A stretch of 36,163 nucleotides of DNA from an uncultured Caulobacterales bacterium (GTDB lineage: Bacteria; Pseudomonadota; Alphaproteobacteria; Caulobacterales; Caulobacteraceae), in assembly GCA_903903715.1 (NCBI GenBank), contig CAIUZX010000061.1:1-36163 (forward strand). The letters run 5' to 3'. The notes under the pieces were generated by a model. That model was not told the DNA's origin. It worked only from the letters and a program-made list of their open reading frames with translations, and did not search any database. Numbering within the stretch: position 1 is the first letter of the stretch; every line of letters starts with the position of its first letter. This document shows positions 35,481 through 36,163 of this stretch, in pieces. A program made the position numbers and the translations under genes.

Positions 35481-36163
35481 ATGACGTCGCCCAAGGTCGG
35501 GCCTATTGGGTCAGTACTGGTGACCGGTGGCGCCCTGCGGGTCGGCGCTGCGCTCTCACGCCGGTTTGCTCGGGCGGGTTGGGGCGTCGTGATCCACTAC
35601 AATCGATCCGCAGAGCCCGCGTTGGCCCTCAAGACGCACCTCCGCCAGGACGGAGCGACCGCGCACATTATCAATGGAAACCTGTCCGACCCAGCGTCGG
35701 TCGAAAGCCTCGTTTCCAGGGCGCTTGAAATCGCGCCGGGCCTCAGGGTCCTGATCAACTGCGCCGCCGTATTCGAAGCCGACACGACCCAGTCCCCGGA
35801 ACGAGCGAGATGGGACATTTCCCAGGCCGTGAACGCTTTTGCGCCGGCCAGACTGGCGGCGGATCTGCACGCCCACGTGGAGGGAGCGATCGTGGTCAAC
35901 ATTCTCGATCAGAAGCTCGCCAATCCGAACCCGGATTATTTCAGCTACACGGTCTCCAAGGCCGCGCTCGCGGAGACGACGCGCCTTCAGGCGATGGCCT
36001 TCGCACCGCGAACGCGGGTGATCGGTCTGGCGCCGGGCCTTCTGCTGCCGAGCGGAGACCAGACCGAGGCGGAATATGAACGCTCCGCCGGCATGAACCT
36101 TCTGTCCCGACCCACGACGCCTGATGACCTTGCGGAGGCAGCGCTGATGGCGGCGTCCGGCGC
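35481..36163 (+). CDS. SDR-family oxidoreductase, pteridine-reductase-like (FolM/PTR1-type glycine motif). The gene is 3'-truncated by the window edge.
   Basis: This gene is not in the supplied ORF track because it has no stop inside the window. The ATG at 35481 lies 6 nt after GGAG. My translation reads MTSPKVGPIGSVLVTGGALRVGAALSRRFARAGWGVVIHYNRS...NILD...YTVSKAALAETTRL. TGGxxRVG resembles the TGxxxRIG motif of FolM/PTR1, and YxxxK is present. Confidence 0.8.
   Translation, partial: MTSPKVGPIGSVLVTGGALRVGAALSRRFARAGWGVVIHYNRSAEPALALKTHLRQDGATAHIINGNLSDPASVESLVSRALEIAPGLRVLINCAAVFEADTTQSPERARWDISQAVNAFAPARLAADLHAHVEGAIVVNILDQKLANPNPDYFSYTVSKAALAETTRLQAMAFAPRTRVIGLAPGLLLPSGDQTEAEYERSAGMNLLSRPTTPDDLAEAALMAASG

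Noticed and set aside
35381-35494. The N-terminal 38-codon extension of the queD-like ORF.
   Set aside because: QueD/PTPS proteins begin right at the ..F.F.AAH.. strand. The extension would also overlap the start of the divergent SDR gene at 35481.
1-36163. CRISPR arrays, cas genes, restriction-modification genes, toxin-antitoxin pairs, retron/DGR reverse transcriptases, integrases or phage genes.
   Set aside because: I saw no regularly spaced direct repeats. No ORF translation carries the corresponding hallmark motifs. The only mobility gene is the IS66-family transposase.

Overview
This is a high-GC chromosomal segment with alphaproteobacterial gene content and order. The PleC-like kinase and the ruvCAB-ybgC-tolQRAB-pal-cpoB-tilS synteny suggest a Caulobacterales/Hyphomonadaceae-like organism, but that is inference. 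Most of the window is core housekeeping. The genes, in order: the 3' part of pepN; a PAS sensor histidine kinase; two secreted M20 peptidase paralogs; an HD-domain protein; a DUF1289 protein; yebC; trmL; the cytochrome bc1 operon petABC; a secreted cyclophilin; two tandem dienelactone hydrolases; ruvCAB fused co-directionally to the tol-pal cluster and tilS; and prfC preceded by a queD-like gene. A pteridine-reductase-like SDR gene runs off the right edge and is absent from the supplied ORF track. I found one clear mobile element, a single-ORF IS66-family insertion at 6076-7819 with 22-bp GTAAGCG-type inverted repeats. I found no rRNA, tRNA, CRISPR array, prophage or recognisable defence system. 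The candidates for undescribed biology are modest. (1) A 7-kb stretch at 26.3-33.2 kb consists entirely of orphan or domain-of-unknown-function genes: XdhC without a molybdoenzyme, a secreted 290-aa protein, DUF1491, a 124-aa protein, an ABC importer with no binding protein, DUF2336, and a TPR-like protein with no effector domain. (2) A strikingly AT-rich 240-bp divergent intergenic region at 8051-8291 has a direct repeat / inverted repeat / direct repeat architecture. (3) The IS lacks an adjacent target-site duplication and sits beside a hairpin that resembles its own ends. (4) A queD-like/SDR pterin module is operonically tied to prfC. All functional calls come from reading the translations for motifs. 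No database search was run.
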